From Verrucomicrobiia bacterium (GTDB taxonomy: Bacteria; Verrucomicrobiota; Verrucomicrobiia; Limisphaerales; UBA1319), in NCBI GenBank assembly GCA_963664225.1, contig OY760937.1:4064001-4128000 (forward strand): a stretch of 64,000 nt of DNA, written 5' to 3'. The translations under genes were made by a program, and so were the position numbers. Under the pieces are notes generated by a model. The model ran no database searches. It was not told the origin of the DNA and saw nothing but the letters and a program-made list of their open reading frames with translations. Positions 40,851 to 50,819 of the stretch are shown one piece after another (position 1 is the stretch's first letter; each line of letters begins with the position of its first letter).

Positions 40851-43007
40851 TTATTTCGATGCGCTTACTTTGACAGTCCCTTTTGAACGAATGTCGGCGG
40901 AGGAACTTCCCACCATGAGATCGAACGTTCCAGGCTCAACCCGGAATTGGTGAATCTTTTCGTCGTAGAACGCCAGCTTTTCGCCTTTTAGCGTAAAACC
41001 AACCGTCTGCTTTTCGCCCGGATTCAGGTGGATTCGTTTGAAGCCGCGTAATTCCCTGACTGGCCGTTTTACGCTGGATTGCCTGTCGTGGGTATAAAGC
41101 TGGACCACTTCGTCGCCAGCGCGTTGGCCCGTATTTTTGACATCCACACTGACGGTCAATTGTCCATTGGCCCGGATTTCTTTTTGCCCCACGCTCAAGC
41201 GACCATAACTGAACCTGGTGTAACTCAATCCATGGCCAAAAGGAAACAGGGGCGCGCCCTTGAGATACATGTAGGTGAAGCCCTTGGTCACGTCGTATTC
41301 GTCCTGAGGCGGCACCTGCTTTTCAGACGCATAAACGGTGTAAGGCAAACGACCGGCGGGGTTGAAATCGCCAAACAGGACATCGGCAATTGCGTTGCCG
41401 CCTTCCTCGCCATCCCACCAGGCTTCAAGAACGGCGGGTGCATGGCTCGCCACCCAGGGGATGGTCAACGGTCCGGCATTGAGGAGAACGACCACTGTGC
41501 GGGGATTGACTGCGAGCACGGCCTTGACCAATTCCTCCTGGTCGCCCGGCAGACCCAGCGAGGTCCGGTCGCGGCCCTCCTCTTCGATCTTTAAAGTGGT
41601 GCCGACATAGACGAGGGCAACGTCCGCTCCTTTTGCGGCTTCGACGGCTTTTTTGAAACCCTCCTCTTTGGAGAATTTTGAGGATGGAAGAATCTCGCAG
41701 CCTTTTGCGAACCGGACTTCCGTTCCCTGCGGAACGCGGTTTTGGATTCCCTGGAGTGGGTTTACAGAAATCTTTGCGATGCCGCTGTAGCCGCCTGCGG
41801 TGAACAGGTCCGCATGCGGCCCGATCACGGCGATGCTCTTCACCTTGCTTTTATCCAGCGGGAGAAGTTGGTTCTTGTTGACCAGCAAAACGATGGCCTC
41901 CCGGGCCGCCTTGAGCGACAGTGCGCGATGTTCGGGACTGCAAATCACGTTGGTCGAGATCGTGCTGAACGGCACCATGGATGCAGGATCGAATTCGCCC
42001 AGGCGGAAGCGATCCCGCAGCACGCGATGGAGGGCATCGTTCAGGCGCGACTCGGGAAGAAACCCCTTGCGGACCGCTCCCGGAATATTCTCCATGAATT
42101 CGCGGTCCGAAAAATCACAACCCGCGTTGAGCGATTGCGCCACGGCGTCCTCGTAGGTCATTTGCTTTTTGGTGTGGCCTTCCACCATCGTGTGAACACC
42201 CCCGAGATCAGAAACGACGAAGCCCTTGAAGCCCCATTGGTTTTTGAGAATATCCGTCAGGAGCGCCTTGTTGATGTTGTTTGGAACACCATTAATGGCG
42301 TTGTAGGAGGCCATGATGGATTGGGCCTGGCCCTCGACAATGCAATCGCGGAAATGCGGCAGCCAATACTCATGCAGCATGCGTTCGCTGACATTGACGG
42401 ATAATTCCTGGCGGCGGTTTTCCACGTTGTTCACGGCAAAATGTTTGAGCGTGGAGACCAGTTTCAAATACTTCGGATCGCTGCCCTGCAAGCCTGTGAC
42501 AAACGAAACACCGATGCGGCCGGTCAGGAAAGGGTCTTCGCCGTAGCACTCATTGATCCGGCCCCAGTAGGGGTTGCGGCTGATATTGATGACGGGGGCG
42601 CGATAAATGAGGCCCTTTTTCTCGCCGGGAAAATTCGGGTCCTGGTGCCATCCGTTGTAAATAGCGCGCGCCTCGTCGGAAATGGTGTTCGCCACTTCGT
42701 GAACCAGGTTGGTATCCCAGGTCGCGGCCAGGGCAATCGAGACGGGAAACATGGTCGTCGGGCGATTCCACCAAACTCCGTGGAGGCACTGGTTCCATTT
42801 ATCGGCTCGAATTCCAAAGCGTTTGACGTCCGGGCCGTTGTGGTTCAGCAGCGTCGCTTTCTCTTCGAGTGTGAGCTTGGAAATCAGGTCCTGAACCCGG
42901 TCCTCCACGGGGAGCGATGCATCGAGATAAACCGGGGTTGGTTCCGCCTTTGCGATGCCCAGGGCAAGCCCCAGGGCCGTGATGGTTGCGAACAGAACAG
43001 TTTTCAT
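40851..43007 (-). CDS. Glycoside hydrolase family 3 (beta-glucosidase/xylosidase) with Fn3-like domain
   Basis: WGRINECYGEDP, LKHF, MASYN, GFVVSD, PFGHGLSYT, EVVQLY. Confidence 0.95.
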   Translation of the reverse strand: MKTVLFATITALGLALGIAKAEPTPVYLDASLPVEDRVQDLISKLTLEEKATLLNHNGPDVKRFGIRADKWNQCLHGVWWNRPTTMFPVSIALAATWDTNLVHEVANTISDEARAIYNGWHQDPNFPGEKKGLIYRAPVINISRNPYWGRINECYGEDPFLTGRIGVSFVTGLQGSDPKYLKLVSTLKHFAVNNVENRRQELSVNVSERMLHEYWLPHFRDCIVEGQAQSIMASYNAINGVPNNINKALLTDILKNQWGFKGFVVSDLGGVHTMVEGHTKKQMTYEDAVAQSLNAGCDFSDREFMENIPGAVRKGFLPESRLNDALHRVLRDRFRLGEFDPASMVPFSTISTNVICSPEHRALSLKAAREAIVLLVNKNQLLPLDKSKVKSIAVIGPHADLFTAGGYSGIAKISVNPLQGIQNRVPQGTEVRFAKGCEILPSSKFSKEEGFKKAVEAAKGADVALVYVGTTLKIEEEGRDRTSLGLPGDQEELVKAVLAVNPRTVVVLLNAGPLTIPWVASHAPAVLEAWWDGEEGGNAIADVLFGDFNPAGRLPYTVYASEKQVPPQDEYDVTKGFTYMYLKGAPLFPFGHGLSYTRFSYGRLSVGQKEIRANGQLTVSVDVKNTGQRAGDEVVQLYTHDRQSSVKRPVRELRGFKRIHLNPGEKQTVGFTLKGEKLAFYDEKIHQFRVEPGTFDLMVGSSSADIRSKGTVKVSASK

Positions 43008-43161
43008 CGGGTTTTGGTTATGAAACGCATTTAATGAACGATATATTCTGATGGCCCATTGCTAGATCAAAATCAATTGGCTGACGAGGCTGAAATAGGG
43101 GTTGGTTTGGAGGCAAATGCATGACAAGAATCCTCTGCAAGAAAACAAGCTCTCACAAATT

Positions 43162-43188
43162 GAACCTTTTGACGGCTTTTGCATTCTA
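43162..43188 (+). promoter_or_regulatory. Putative ECF autoregulatory promoter
   Basis: GAACCT-N16-TTCTA, a few nt upstream of the in-frame GTG at 43193 (probably leaderless). Confidence 0.55.
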
Positions 43189-43192
43189 CCAA

Positions 43193-43750
43193 GTGGCAAT
43201 GCTCGTGGAAACCGCAGAACAAAAACTGCCAGTGAGCGAGGCGAGGGCGGGGGACGCCCGAGCCTGGGAGGTTCTGCTTGCCCGTTACCGATTGCCGCTT
43301 TACGCGTATGTATTTGAGCTCGTCCATCAGGAACAAACCAGCCTCGACATTGTCCAGGAGGCCTTCATCAATGCGGCCGCGCACATCCACAGCCTGCAGC
43401 ACGATGAGAAGTTCGGGTCCTGGCTCTTCAACATCGCACATCAAAAATGCATCCAGCATTGGCGTAAACGACGCCCCAATGAGATTTCCGTCGATCCCCA
43501 GGACGAGGCTTACCCTGATGACTCGCCTGATCCGCAGGAATTGCTCATCCGCCGGGAACAGGAGGAGGCGTTCATGAAATTGCTGGATCAACTGCCCCTG
43601 CCGCAGCGTTCGGTCGTGCTGTTGCACTTCATCGAGGAATTCCCGCTTGAAGACATCGCGCGCATTACTGAGACGCGAATCGGCACCGTGAAATCGCGAC
43701 TGCATTACGCACGAAAAGCTTTGCGAAAACTGATTGAGGAGGAGACATGA
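43193..43750 (+). CDS. ECF RNA polymerase sigma factor
   Basis: DIVQEAF, FGSWLFNIA region 2; EDIA..IGTVKSRLHYAR region 4. Confidence 0.93.
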   Translation: MAMLVETAEQKLPVSEARAGDARAWEVLLARYRLPLYAYVFELVHQEQTSLDIVQEAFINAAAHIHSLQHDEKFGSWLFNIAHQKCIQHWRKRRPNEISVDPQDEAYPDDSPDPQELLIRREQEEAFMKLLDQLPLPQRSVVLLHFIEEFPLEDIARITETRIGTVKSRLHYARKALRKLIEEET

Positions 43751-44187
43751 AAACTCCGCGGGAATTGATTTTGGAACGACATCGGGCCATTGAGTCCAGG
43801 CTGGATCGAATCCGCCCGGAGGAGCTTGCGGCTCAGGCACGGGCGGCGTTGGCGTCAACGGCCCATCCCAGTCCCACGAGGCAAGAAACCGGGCTTTGGG
43901 CGGTTGCCCGTGAATTTTGGATGGAATCGATCCGGCCCTGGCGCCGGGCCTGGATTGGCATGGCGGCGGCCTGGATCGTGATACTTGTGGCATTCGCGGC
44001 CACGCATGACACGCCCCAGATGGCGCGGGTCAAAGTGAGCCCACCCAGTCCTGAATTGATGGCCGCATTGCGCGAGCAACGGCAGATGATGCTGCAACTG
44101 TTCGAGCCTGCGGCTTCGGTGCGACCTGTGGAATCCAAGATTCCGGGCCCGCGCAGCGAGCAACGGATCGTCGCGTACTTCACCTGA
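43747..44187 (+). CDS. Putative anti-sigma factor (single TM)
   Basis: ATGA overlap with the sigma gene; one TM helix. Confidence 0.65.
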   Translation: MKTPRELILERHRAIESRLDRIRPEELAAQARAALASTAHPSPTRQETGLWAVAREFWMESIRPWRRAWIGMAAAWIVILVAFAATHDTPQMARVKVSPPSPELMAALREQRQMMLQLFEPAASVRPVESKIPGPRSEQRIVAYFT

Positions 44188-44196
44188 TTCGAATTT

Positions 44197-45795
44197 ATGA
44201 CAAACTCAAATTCAGCGCCAAATGTGTCGCGATTTCCCACGTTCGTGCGTTTGTTTCATTGGCTCGTGAGTTGGCGAATGCTGGGGCGCGTGATGGTGGT
44301 TGTGGGCGCGCTGGCCACGCTCGTGGTTCTGTTTTATGCGGAGGAAAATGTGCGCGGCAAACACGCGTGGAATCAATACCGGCAACAACTCGAGGCCAAG
44401 GGTGAGAAGCTGGATTTTTGGGCCTTTGTGCCACCGCCGGTGCCGGACGATCAGAACTTTACCATGACCCCTTTTCTCGCACCGCTATTTGATTTTAATC
44501 CTAAACCCTTGGAATCGGGTCAATCGCTTTGGCGCGATACCAATGGTTTTCAACGGGCCAATGAATTTGCAAAAGAGTTAAATTCCGTAAGATCTCCTGC
44601 GTGGGCAAGAGGCCAATTCACGGACTTCCAAGCCTCGATCATGAAGCCCAAGGGAATCACCTCCTCAACGAAAACCGCATCCACCAGGGCGGAATCCGCC
44701 GAGGAAGTTCTGCAAATCCTGAAGAAATACGATGCCGTGTTCGATGAGTTGCGGACCGCCAGCCAACGTCCCCATGCGCGTTTTAATGTCAAATACACGA
44801 ATGAATTTGCTCCATCTACTCTGCTGCCGCACCTCAATTTCGTGGGACACGCAGTCGCAGCGTTTCAATTGCGGGCGTCGGCTGAGCTGGCTCTCATTCA
44901 GCCTGACGCGGCATGGTCGGATACCAGAATGTCCCTTTACATGGCAGACACCCTTAAGGACGAGCCATTCATTATCTCTGAGCTGGTTCGGAGCGGGTTG
45001 GTGCAGCGATCGATTCAACCCATCTGGGAAGGCCTGGCCGAGCACAAATGGTCGGAAGCCCAACTCCGGGAAATGGAACAGCGCCTTGGGCAAATTGCGA
45101 TTCTGACGCCAACGGCCATGCGGGGAGAATTGGCCTATACGGTTTTAACCATCGATCAAATGCGTACCCAAGCAGAGAATGAATGGCGCATGTGGACGTT
45201 GCCTTTCGCAAAGACCGAAATCCCCCATTTTCTGATCCCTGACGGTTGGTTTTACCAGAACCAACTGGCAATCATACGATCCTATGTAGAGCTGGTGTTA
45301 CCAGTGATCGATGAACCAAACAGAGTGTTTCCCGCCAAAGCCGTCGCAAACGAGGAGATTATAAAAAAGGAGTATGACGGTGGTTTTTCTCCCTATCGGT
45401 TCCTGATCAAACCATTCTTACTTGGCGAGGAGATGGATATGGCCCTGTTTGAAGCAGAACGCAAAATTGCTCTGGGTCAAACTCGGGTGAACGAAGCGAT
45501 TGTGGCCTGCGCGCTCGAACGGTATCGTCTCGCCAATGGGCAGTTTCCAGAAACGTTGAATGCGATCAGCCCGCAATTTCTTGAAAAAATGCCGTTGGAT
45601 GTGATCACGGGTGAGCCACTCAAGTATCGCCGCACCACGGATGGACAATTCGTTCTCTACTCAGTGGGTTGGAATGCCAAAGACGATGTTGGCACGTTGG
45701 CATGGGGTCGCGGAAAACTCCACACGAATCATGACAATTCGCCAACGGAAGATACCAAACTTGGCGATTGGGTGTGGCAGTATCCCGCGAAATAA
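44197..45795 (+). CDS. Hypothetical membrane-anchored protein with pseudopilin-like C-terminal motif
   Basis: N-terminal TM; ACALERYRLANGQFPETL..LYSVGWN..DD..DWVW. Confidence 0.75.
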   Translation: MTNSNSAPNVSRFPTFVRLFHWLVSWRMLGRVMVVVGALATLVVLFYAEENVRGKHAWNQYRQQLEAKGEKLDFWAFVPPPVPDDQNFTMTPFLAPLFDFNPKPLESGQSLWRDTNGFQRANEFAKELNSVRSPAWARGQFTDFQASIMKPKGITSSTKTASTRAESAEEVLQILKKYDAVFDELRTASQRPHARFNVKYTNEFAPSTLLPHLNFVGHAVAAFQLRASAELALIQPDAAWSDTRMSLYMADTLKDEPFIISELVRSGLVQRSIQPIWEGLAEHKWSEAQLREMEQRLGQIAILTPTAMRGELAYTVLTIDQMRTQAENEWRMWTLPFAKTEIPHFLIPDGWFYQNQLAIIRSYVELVLPVIDEPNRVFPAKAVANEEIIKKEYDGGFSPYRFLIKPFLLGEEMDMALFEAERKIALGQTRVNEAIVACALERYRLANGQFPETLNAISPQFLEKMPLDVITGEPLKYRRTTDGQFVLYSVGWNAKDDVGTLAWGRGKLHTNHDNSPTEDTKLGDWVWQYPAK

Positions 45796-45842
45796 TAATT
45801 CTTCGCAGTGGTTTGGCGCATCGAGGAGTTGGCCGAAAAGAC

Positions 45843-48116
45843 TTAATCCGCGCGCGGTTCCACAGGTCCGCGCCAGACGCTTCCGCCGAAGGTGGTGACA
45901 TGCATCGCGGTGTCGTCCGAAGGATCAAAGGCGACGCGCTGGATATTTGAGAACGGCAGATCTTTGAATGGGTTCCAGGTTTTTCCATTGTCCTTGGACA
46001 GCCACAAACCCGCGCCGGGGGCTCCTTCCGTGAGTGTCATGTAAATCCAACCGTTCCGTTTGGGATGGAAATATCCGCCGAAAGTCTGCGGGCCTTCGCG
46101 GCCAATTCGCTCCCAGGTCTTGCCGCCGTCTTTCGTCAGATAGAGCCCGCCAGACTGGTCAGCGCCACCCGAATTGCATGCGCCGATGAGAATTTTGCTG
46201 CTGTCATGGGGATCAACCGAAAAGTCCTTGGGATAGAGCAACGGCTGCGAGTTCTTGATTTTTTCCCACGTTTCCGCGCCGTCCTTGGACCGATACAAAC
46301 CGACGCCCTCGCTCGATAGAGGTTTCCCAGCGCCCGGTCGCATGGCGCAGATCATGGCAAAGAGAGTGCCATCCGGGTGAAGGATCACACGGGAGACGCG
46401 CATGTTTTGAGGGGCACCCAGACCGGATTTTTTAAGCGTCCAGGTTTTGCCGTCGTCAGTGGATTTATAGACGCCCTCCATGAAGACCCCGGCGTAGAGC
46501 GTACGCGAGTCCTTCGGGCTCTTGGGATCGAGCACGATACTCGTGACCGCACGGGCGGGAATGCCTTTGGCCTCGGGTTTCCACGAGGCACCGAAGTCTC
46601 TTGAAATGCAGACACCGCCGGGAAGGTTATGGCCGTGACGCTCTGAGATGATGTTGTCGTTGGGAATGTCATGCACATCCGAGAACGCGCCCCAGATTTT
46701 GCCGGGCGTTTCGGGATCAAAGGCCATTTCGTAACAAGTGTTGCGCCAGGGCGCCCAGGATTTCTGGTCCCACCAAATCCAGGTATGGCCCGCGTCGAGC
46801 GAGCGCCCCATTCCGATGTCGGTATAACAGATGTAATGGCGATTCGATTCGAAGGGATCGATGTAGTAGTTCCAAGTGGTGGTCACCACGAGACCGTTGC
46901 AGATCCAGGGGATGCCAGGTTTGGGCTTCTGGCCGGGAGCAGGGTAGGTGCTGCCATTGAACCAGTTTGTTCCGCCGTCGTGGGTGATGTGAGCCTCGTT
47001 CATGACGAGCATGACACGCTCAGGATCTGAATTGCAGATGGACACGCCAAACGGAGTGTCGCCGCCCTTGAACGATTGCCCAGTGGAGGCAATGACATAA
47101 TCGGGCGCGACGTTGCATTGGGCAAATCGCGGGTCCTGGAAATAAGTGGCGCGCCAGGTGTCGCCACCGTCATCGCTTCGATAGACGGTTTCGTGATGCG
47201 GTGGATGAAACCCCGTGCTCGTATTGAAGGCATAAACCGTGAGCGGTCTGGCATCGGTGGCGAGCAGTTGATGGTATTGCGCAACCGCTCCGGCGGCCCA
47301 TTCGTCTGCCTTGGTGGTCTCCTTGTTAATCCCTTGGCCCATCGCCGGTTGCCAGGTTTCGCCTCGATCCTTCGAGCGATATACGCCTCCCTTAATTGCG
47401 CCGTTCTCTGCCTGACTGCGGACAGTGCAGTAGAGCATTGCCACGCTGCTCGCTGCATCGGAGCCTCCCGCGAATCCCTCGACCTCTTTCCATGGCAGAC
47501 CGTTATTCTTTTCCGCCCATGTGCGGCCTTCATCGTCGGAACGCCAGATGCCGTTCGCTGTGGCCGCAAACATCACGCGGCCTTTCGTTGTGCGATCAAA
47601 ATGAAGTCCGATCAACCGGCCTGCGGACGCATGGCACGCATTCCACGTCACCCCGGCATCGCGCGACAAGTGCCACTGGCCATTACGCGTGCCTGCCAAC
47701 ATAAGGTCCGGGTTGGAGGGGTTAATGGAAATTTCGCACGAGAGCGAATCCTTGAGATTGCCGATGGGAGCGAAGGTCCTGCCCCGGTCCCGGCTGACGC
47801 GAAGCTGGCCGCCCGAGGAAGCGTATAGGATGTCCCGGTTGGCAGGATGAAAACCGGGGCGACATTGGGTGTCGCTGCGCAGTTGCGCCTGGTGAATCAT
47901 GCGCCAATTCCGGCCGCCATCTTCGGAAATGTAGGCGGCGCCCATGTCGCAATTAATCATCATCAGGTTCGGATCGGCTGCGGAGATCGCGGGCGAGAAC
48001 ATTCCGCCACCGCCGGAAAAGCCGACGGGATCCCAGGACGTTGCAGCGATGGCTGGGGTGCAATGGGAAATTCCCAATGCCACCATGGCGACAAGGGACA
48101 ATAAAATACGTTTCAT
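45843..48116 (-). CDS. Secreted BNR/Asp-box beta-propeller protein (GH74/sialidase-like)
   Basis: Signal peptide; more than 10 SxDxGxTW-type repeats. Confidence 0.85.
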   Translation of the reverse strand: MKRILLSLVAMVALGISHCTPAIAATSWDPVGFSGGGGMFSPAISAADPNLMMINCDMGAAYISEDGGRNWRMIHQAQLRSDTQCRPGFHPANRDILYASSGGQLRVSRDRGRTFAPIGNLKDSLSCEISINPSNPDLMLAGTRNGQWHLSRDAGVTWNACHASAGRLIGLHFDRTTKGRVMFAATANGIWRSDDEGRTWAEKNNGLPWKEVEGFAGGSDAASSVAMLYCTVRSQAENGAIKGGVYRSKDRGETWQPAMGQGINKETTKADEWAAGAVAQYHQLLATDARPLTVYAFNTSTGFHPPHHETVYRSDDGGDTWRATYFQDPRFAQCNVAPDYVIASTGQSFKGGDTPFGVSICNSDPERVMLVMNEAHITHDGGTNWFNGSTYPAPGQKPKPGIPWICNGLVVTTTWNYYIDPFESNRHYICYTDIGMGRSLDAGHTWIWWDQKSWAPWRNTCYEMAFDPETPGKIWGAFSDVHDIPNDNIISERHGHNLPGGVCISRDFGASWKPEAKGIPARAVTSIVLDPKSPKDSRTLYAGVFMEGVYKSTDDGKTWTLKKSGLGAPQNMRVSRVILHPDGTLFAMICAMRPGAGKPLSSEGVGLYRSKDGAETWEKIKNSQPLLYPKDFSVDPHDSSKILIGACNSGGADQSGGLYLTKDGGKTWERIGREGPQTFGGYFHPKRNGWIYMTLTEGAPGAGLWLSKDNGKTWNPFKDLPFSNIQRVAFDPSDDTAMHVTTFGGSVWRGPVEPRAD

Positions 48117-48143
48117 GATCTGCTGGATTAATTGAGAAGCCGT

Positions 48144-49370
48144 TTAATGATCTTTGGCCAGAAACCACGGGGTTGAAATCATCCCACCCCAACTATCCGG
48201 CTTGTGATTGGCGATGAAAATCCTGCGCAATGTTTCGTCATGCGTCACCAGCGAGGTCCAGAGCAGTCCCGGCGCATTTTTCCAACGCTCGTCCGGTTCC
48301 CCTCCATCGATGCGCTGGAATTTTGCGTTCTCGATTTTCTGGTTCCACATAAAGTCGCGATTGGTGGCGATGAGTCGATCGAGGTCGGTCTTTGTGAAAA
48401 CCAGCCCGTGTTCGAACGCGCAAGTGATGGCCTCAACGTCGATTCCGTAATAACCGCCGTTGGGATGCACGCCTACCCAATGGGCCGTTGCGCCATTGGG
48501 CTTGTAGTCCCAGGGCCCGGCTGGTTCCCAATAATTCCAGACGAAATACTTTCCGTTCACGCGGGTTTTCATGCGCGATTTCATCAATGCAAACCACTTC
48601 TCCGCCCGCTCCCGATAGGCCGCATTTCCGGTCACGTCATGCATCGCCACAAGCCACAGTGCGATATGATTGAGTTTGTTGTCGGGATTGGTGAATCCGG
48701 TTGATTTGCGATCGGTGTAGCCCGATGACCATTGGCCTGTCTGAAGGTTGATTCCAAAGGCGGGCACGACCCAAACGCCTCCGCCGTTGACCTCGCGCCA
48801 GCAATCGCGGGAGTCCCATTTTTTGAAGGTTTCCACTGCGAGGTTGATGTAGCTTTGCGCCTTCAGACCCCATTTTTCCTTCAATGCGGGAGACTTCAGA
48901 ATCTCGTCCGCCATCAGAACGATGGGCCGGAACATCATGGCCTCACCCAGCAGACTGTCCGCCATGAACTCCTTCGACTCGTCGCCGCCGCCGTTGCCCT
49001 TGGGCCAGCCGATGAAGCCATCCGGTTCCTTCACACCGCGCCGGATGCAGGCGTCGGTCCAATCAATAAATTGTTCCACCCACTTGGGATCGTGTGTGGC
49101 CAGGTAGCCATAATAGTAAGCGTTTAGAAAAGGGCTTACGTGCCAGCCCAATTCCTCGCCCATTTCCTTGTCGCAGTAGCGGTTGCGTGAGTCGCCGAGA
49201 ATGCTTTTCTCCCAGCGGGAGAGCCAGTCCCTGCCTTGGGAAGTGCTGAGGAATGGCGGTCTTGTCGAAACATCGGTGGCCAGCAGGGTGTGATTAAGGA
49301 GAAGGTTCGAGGCCGAAGTCAAAAGAACGGTTTCCACGGAAACGCGTTTAAGGAATGAGCGGCGGTTCAT
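48144..49370 (-). CDS. Tat-exported hypothetical protein (Trp-rich, probably alpha/alpha barrel)
   Basis: MNRRSFLK twin-arginine motif; co-oriented with the BNR gene. Confidence 0.75.
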   Translation of the reverse strand: MNRRSFLKRVSVETVLLTSASNLLLNHTLLATDVSTRPPFLSTSQGRDWLSRWEKSILGDSRNRYCDKEMGEELGWHVSPFLNAYYYGYLATHDPKWVEQFIDWTDACIRRGVKEPDGFIGWPKGNGGGDESKEFMADSLLGEAMMFRPIVLMADEILKSPALKEKWGLKAQSYINLAVETFKKWDSRDCWREVNGGGVWVVPAFGINLQTGQWSSGYTDRKSTGFTNPDNKLNHIALWLVAMHDVTGNAAYRERAEKWFALMKSRMKTRVNGKYFVWNYWEPAGPWDYKPNGATAHWVGVHPNGGYYGIDVEAITCAFEHGLVFTKTDLDRLIATNRDFMWNQKIENAKFQRIDGGEPDERWKNAPGLLWTSLVTHDETLRRIFIANHKPDSWGGMISTPWFLAKDH

Positions 49371-49725
49371 GAAGCAGGAGATTACACCTCGGGCCGATTT
49401 ACTGCCAAGCTTTCCCTTGGGGCCAGCGACGGAGAGATTTGGGAACAGGATGACAGCAACGGGCCATTTTAATGTTCCTGGAAGCGGTCTTTTTCGGGTT
49501 TTTGATCCGCTTTTTGAATGGAAGCTTTGGGAACATGAGATTTTGGTTTCAAGAGAGTGTTGTTTGCGCTTGCCTGAAAAAATATTTTCCGCATATTAGG
49601 TGTCGTTGACGCAAGGTCGCCGGGCATGCTTCCAACCATGCGCGGTTGAACGGGGTGACAAAAGAGGTTGCCAAACGTTCCGGCTTTCGCGGAAACGGTT
49701 TGAAAGTGTTGATGATGAGTGGGAT

Positions 49726-49801
49726 GGGGTCGTAGCTCAGTTGGTAGAGCGTCTCGTTCGCAATGAGAAGGTCGCAGGTTCGATTCCTGTCGGCTCCACC
49801 A
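49726..49801 (+). tRNA. tRNA-Ala (anticodon CGC)
   Basis: 76-nt cloverleaf; G3:U70 pair; TCTCG-TTCGCAA-TGAGA anticodon arm; GGTTCGATTCC; encoded CCA. Confidence 0.97.
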
Positions 49802-49891
49802 TCTTCGGTTTCGTGTCCTTCCGTCTTGCCCTGCAGGGCTTCGATGGATAGAACTGCTTTTGTGATTCCTAATTTTCTGGCGAACGCAGCA

Positions 49892-50629
49892 ATGCGGGCG
49901 CGCATTCCCCGGATATTCGTCGTTTTTCTCGCGAGTTGGATGGTAGTCGTCACCGGCCTGGTTCTGGCGGTTTCCTGGAAAAATCACCCCCAACGGGCCG
50001 TACTCCTCATGGCGTGGGGATTAATCCTGCTCTGGATCGCGGGATGCGGGCTGGCGATGTTTCACTGGCGCGATTTCTGGTGTCGGCTCTCGAACAAGGT
50101 GCGATTGCCCTGGGGAGTCAAATTTGTTCTGGGCTGCACGTTCCTGGCGTGCCTGGAAGAATCCATCACCACGCTCATGACGAATTGCGCACCGCTCTTC
50201 GGGGTGAAAATCGGCCAGGCCTACATCACCGCCTCGGCCAATTATTTCGACGTCATTCTTTACCACAGCGTCGTCGTGTTTGTGCCGTTCTTCGTCGGTT
50301 GGGCGGTCATGCTGCGCTATTGGAAATTCTCGCCGTTCGCGGTGTTTGTTCTGTTCGGAATCACGGGGTTGTTTTGTGAAACGATTTCCTTCGGTCTGCA
50401 AAATCTCGGCAGCTTTGGTTTCTGGATGCTCGTTTACGGGCTGATGATCTGGCTGCCCGCACATTGGGCGCCTGTAGACCGTCCCGCGCGCGAGCCCCGC
50501 TGGTGGGCCTATCCGCTGGCCGTCTTCATCCCTTATCTTTTCATGCCGCTGATGCCGGTTCTCGCGCCGTGGATTTTGTTCACGGCAAAACATCCGTCGA
50601 TTCATTTTCCGCCCATTGGAGGAGGGTGA
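49892..50629 (+). CDS. Hypothetical polytopic membrane protein
   Basis: About 7 hydrophobic segments; LEE and E-containing helices; start uncertain (49844 or 49892). Confidence 0.75.
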   Translation: MRARIPRIFVVFLASWMVVVTGLVLAVSWKNHPQRAVLLMAWGLILLWIAGCGLAMFHWRDFWCRLSNKVRLPWGVKFVLGCTFLACLEESITTLMTNCAPLFGVKIGQAYITASANYFDVILYHSVVVFVPFFVGWAVMLRYWKFSPFAVFVLFGITGLFCETISFGLQNLGSFGFWMLVYGLMIWLPAHWAPVDRPAREPRWWAYPLAVFIPYLFMPLMPVLAPWILFTAKHPSIHFPPIGGG

Positions 50630-50819
50630 AACAAGCCACCTCACCCCGGCCCCCCCCAAAGGCGGAGAGGGAGGACTTTTTCGCGTTTGCTGAACCATTG
50701 GATGATTGGAAAGGTGCGACTGCGCTGGATTTACGGGCGAGGAATGAGGGGGAGATAGCGCTCTGGAAAATTACTTTGCGAGGGGCCTCGGGTGTATTAG
50801 GCTCATGCACATCAAATCC

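Noticed and set aside
49726..49801. tRNA-Ala as the integration site of a genomic island
   Set aside because: No duplicated tRNA 3' end and no integrase were found in the window.
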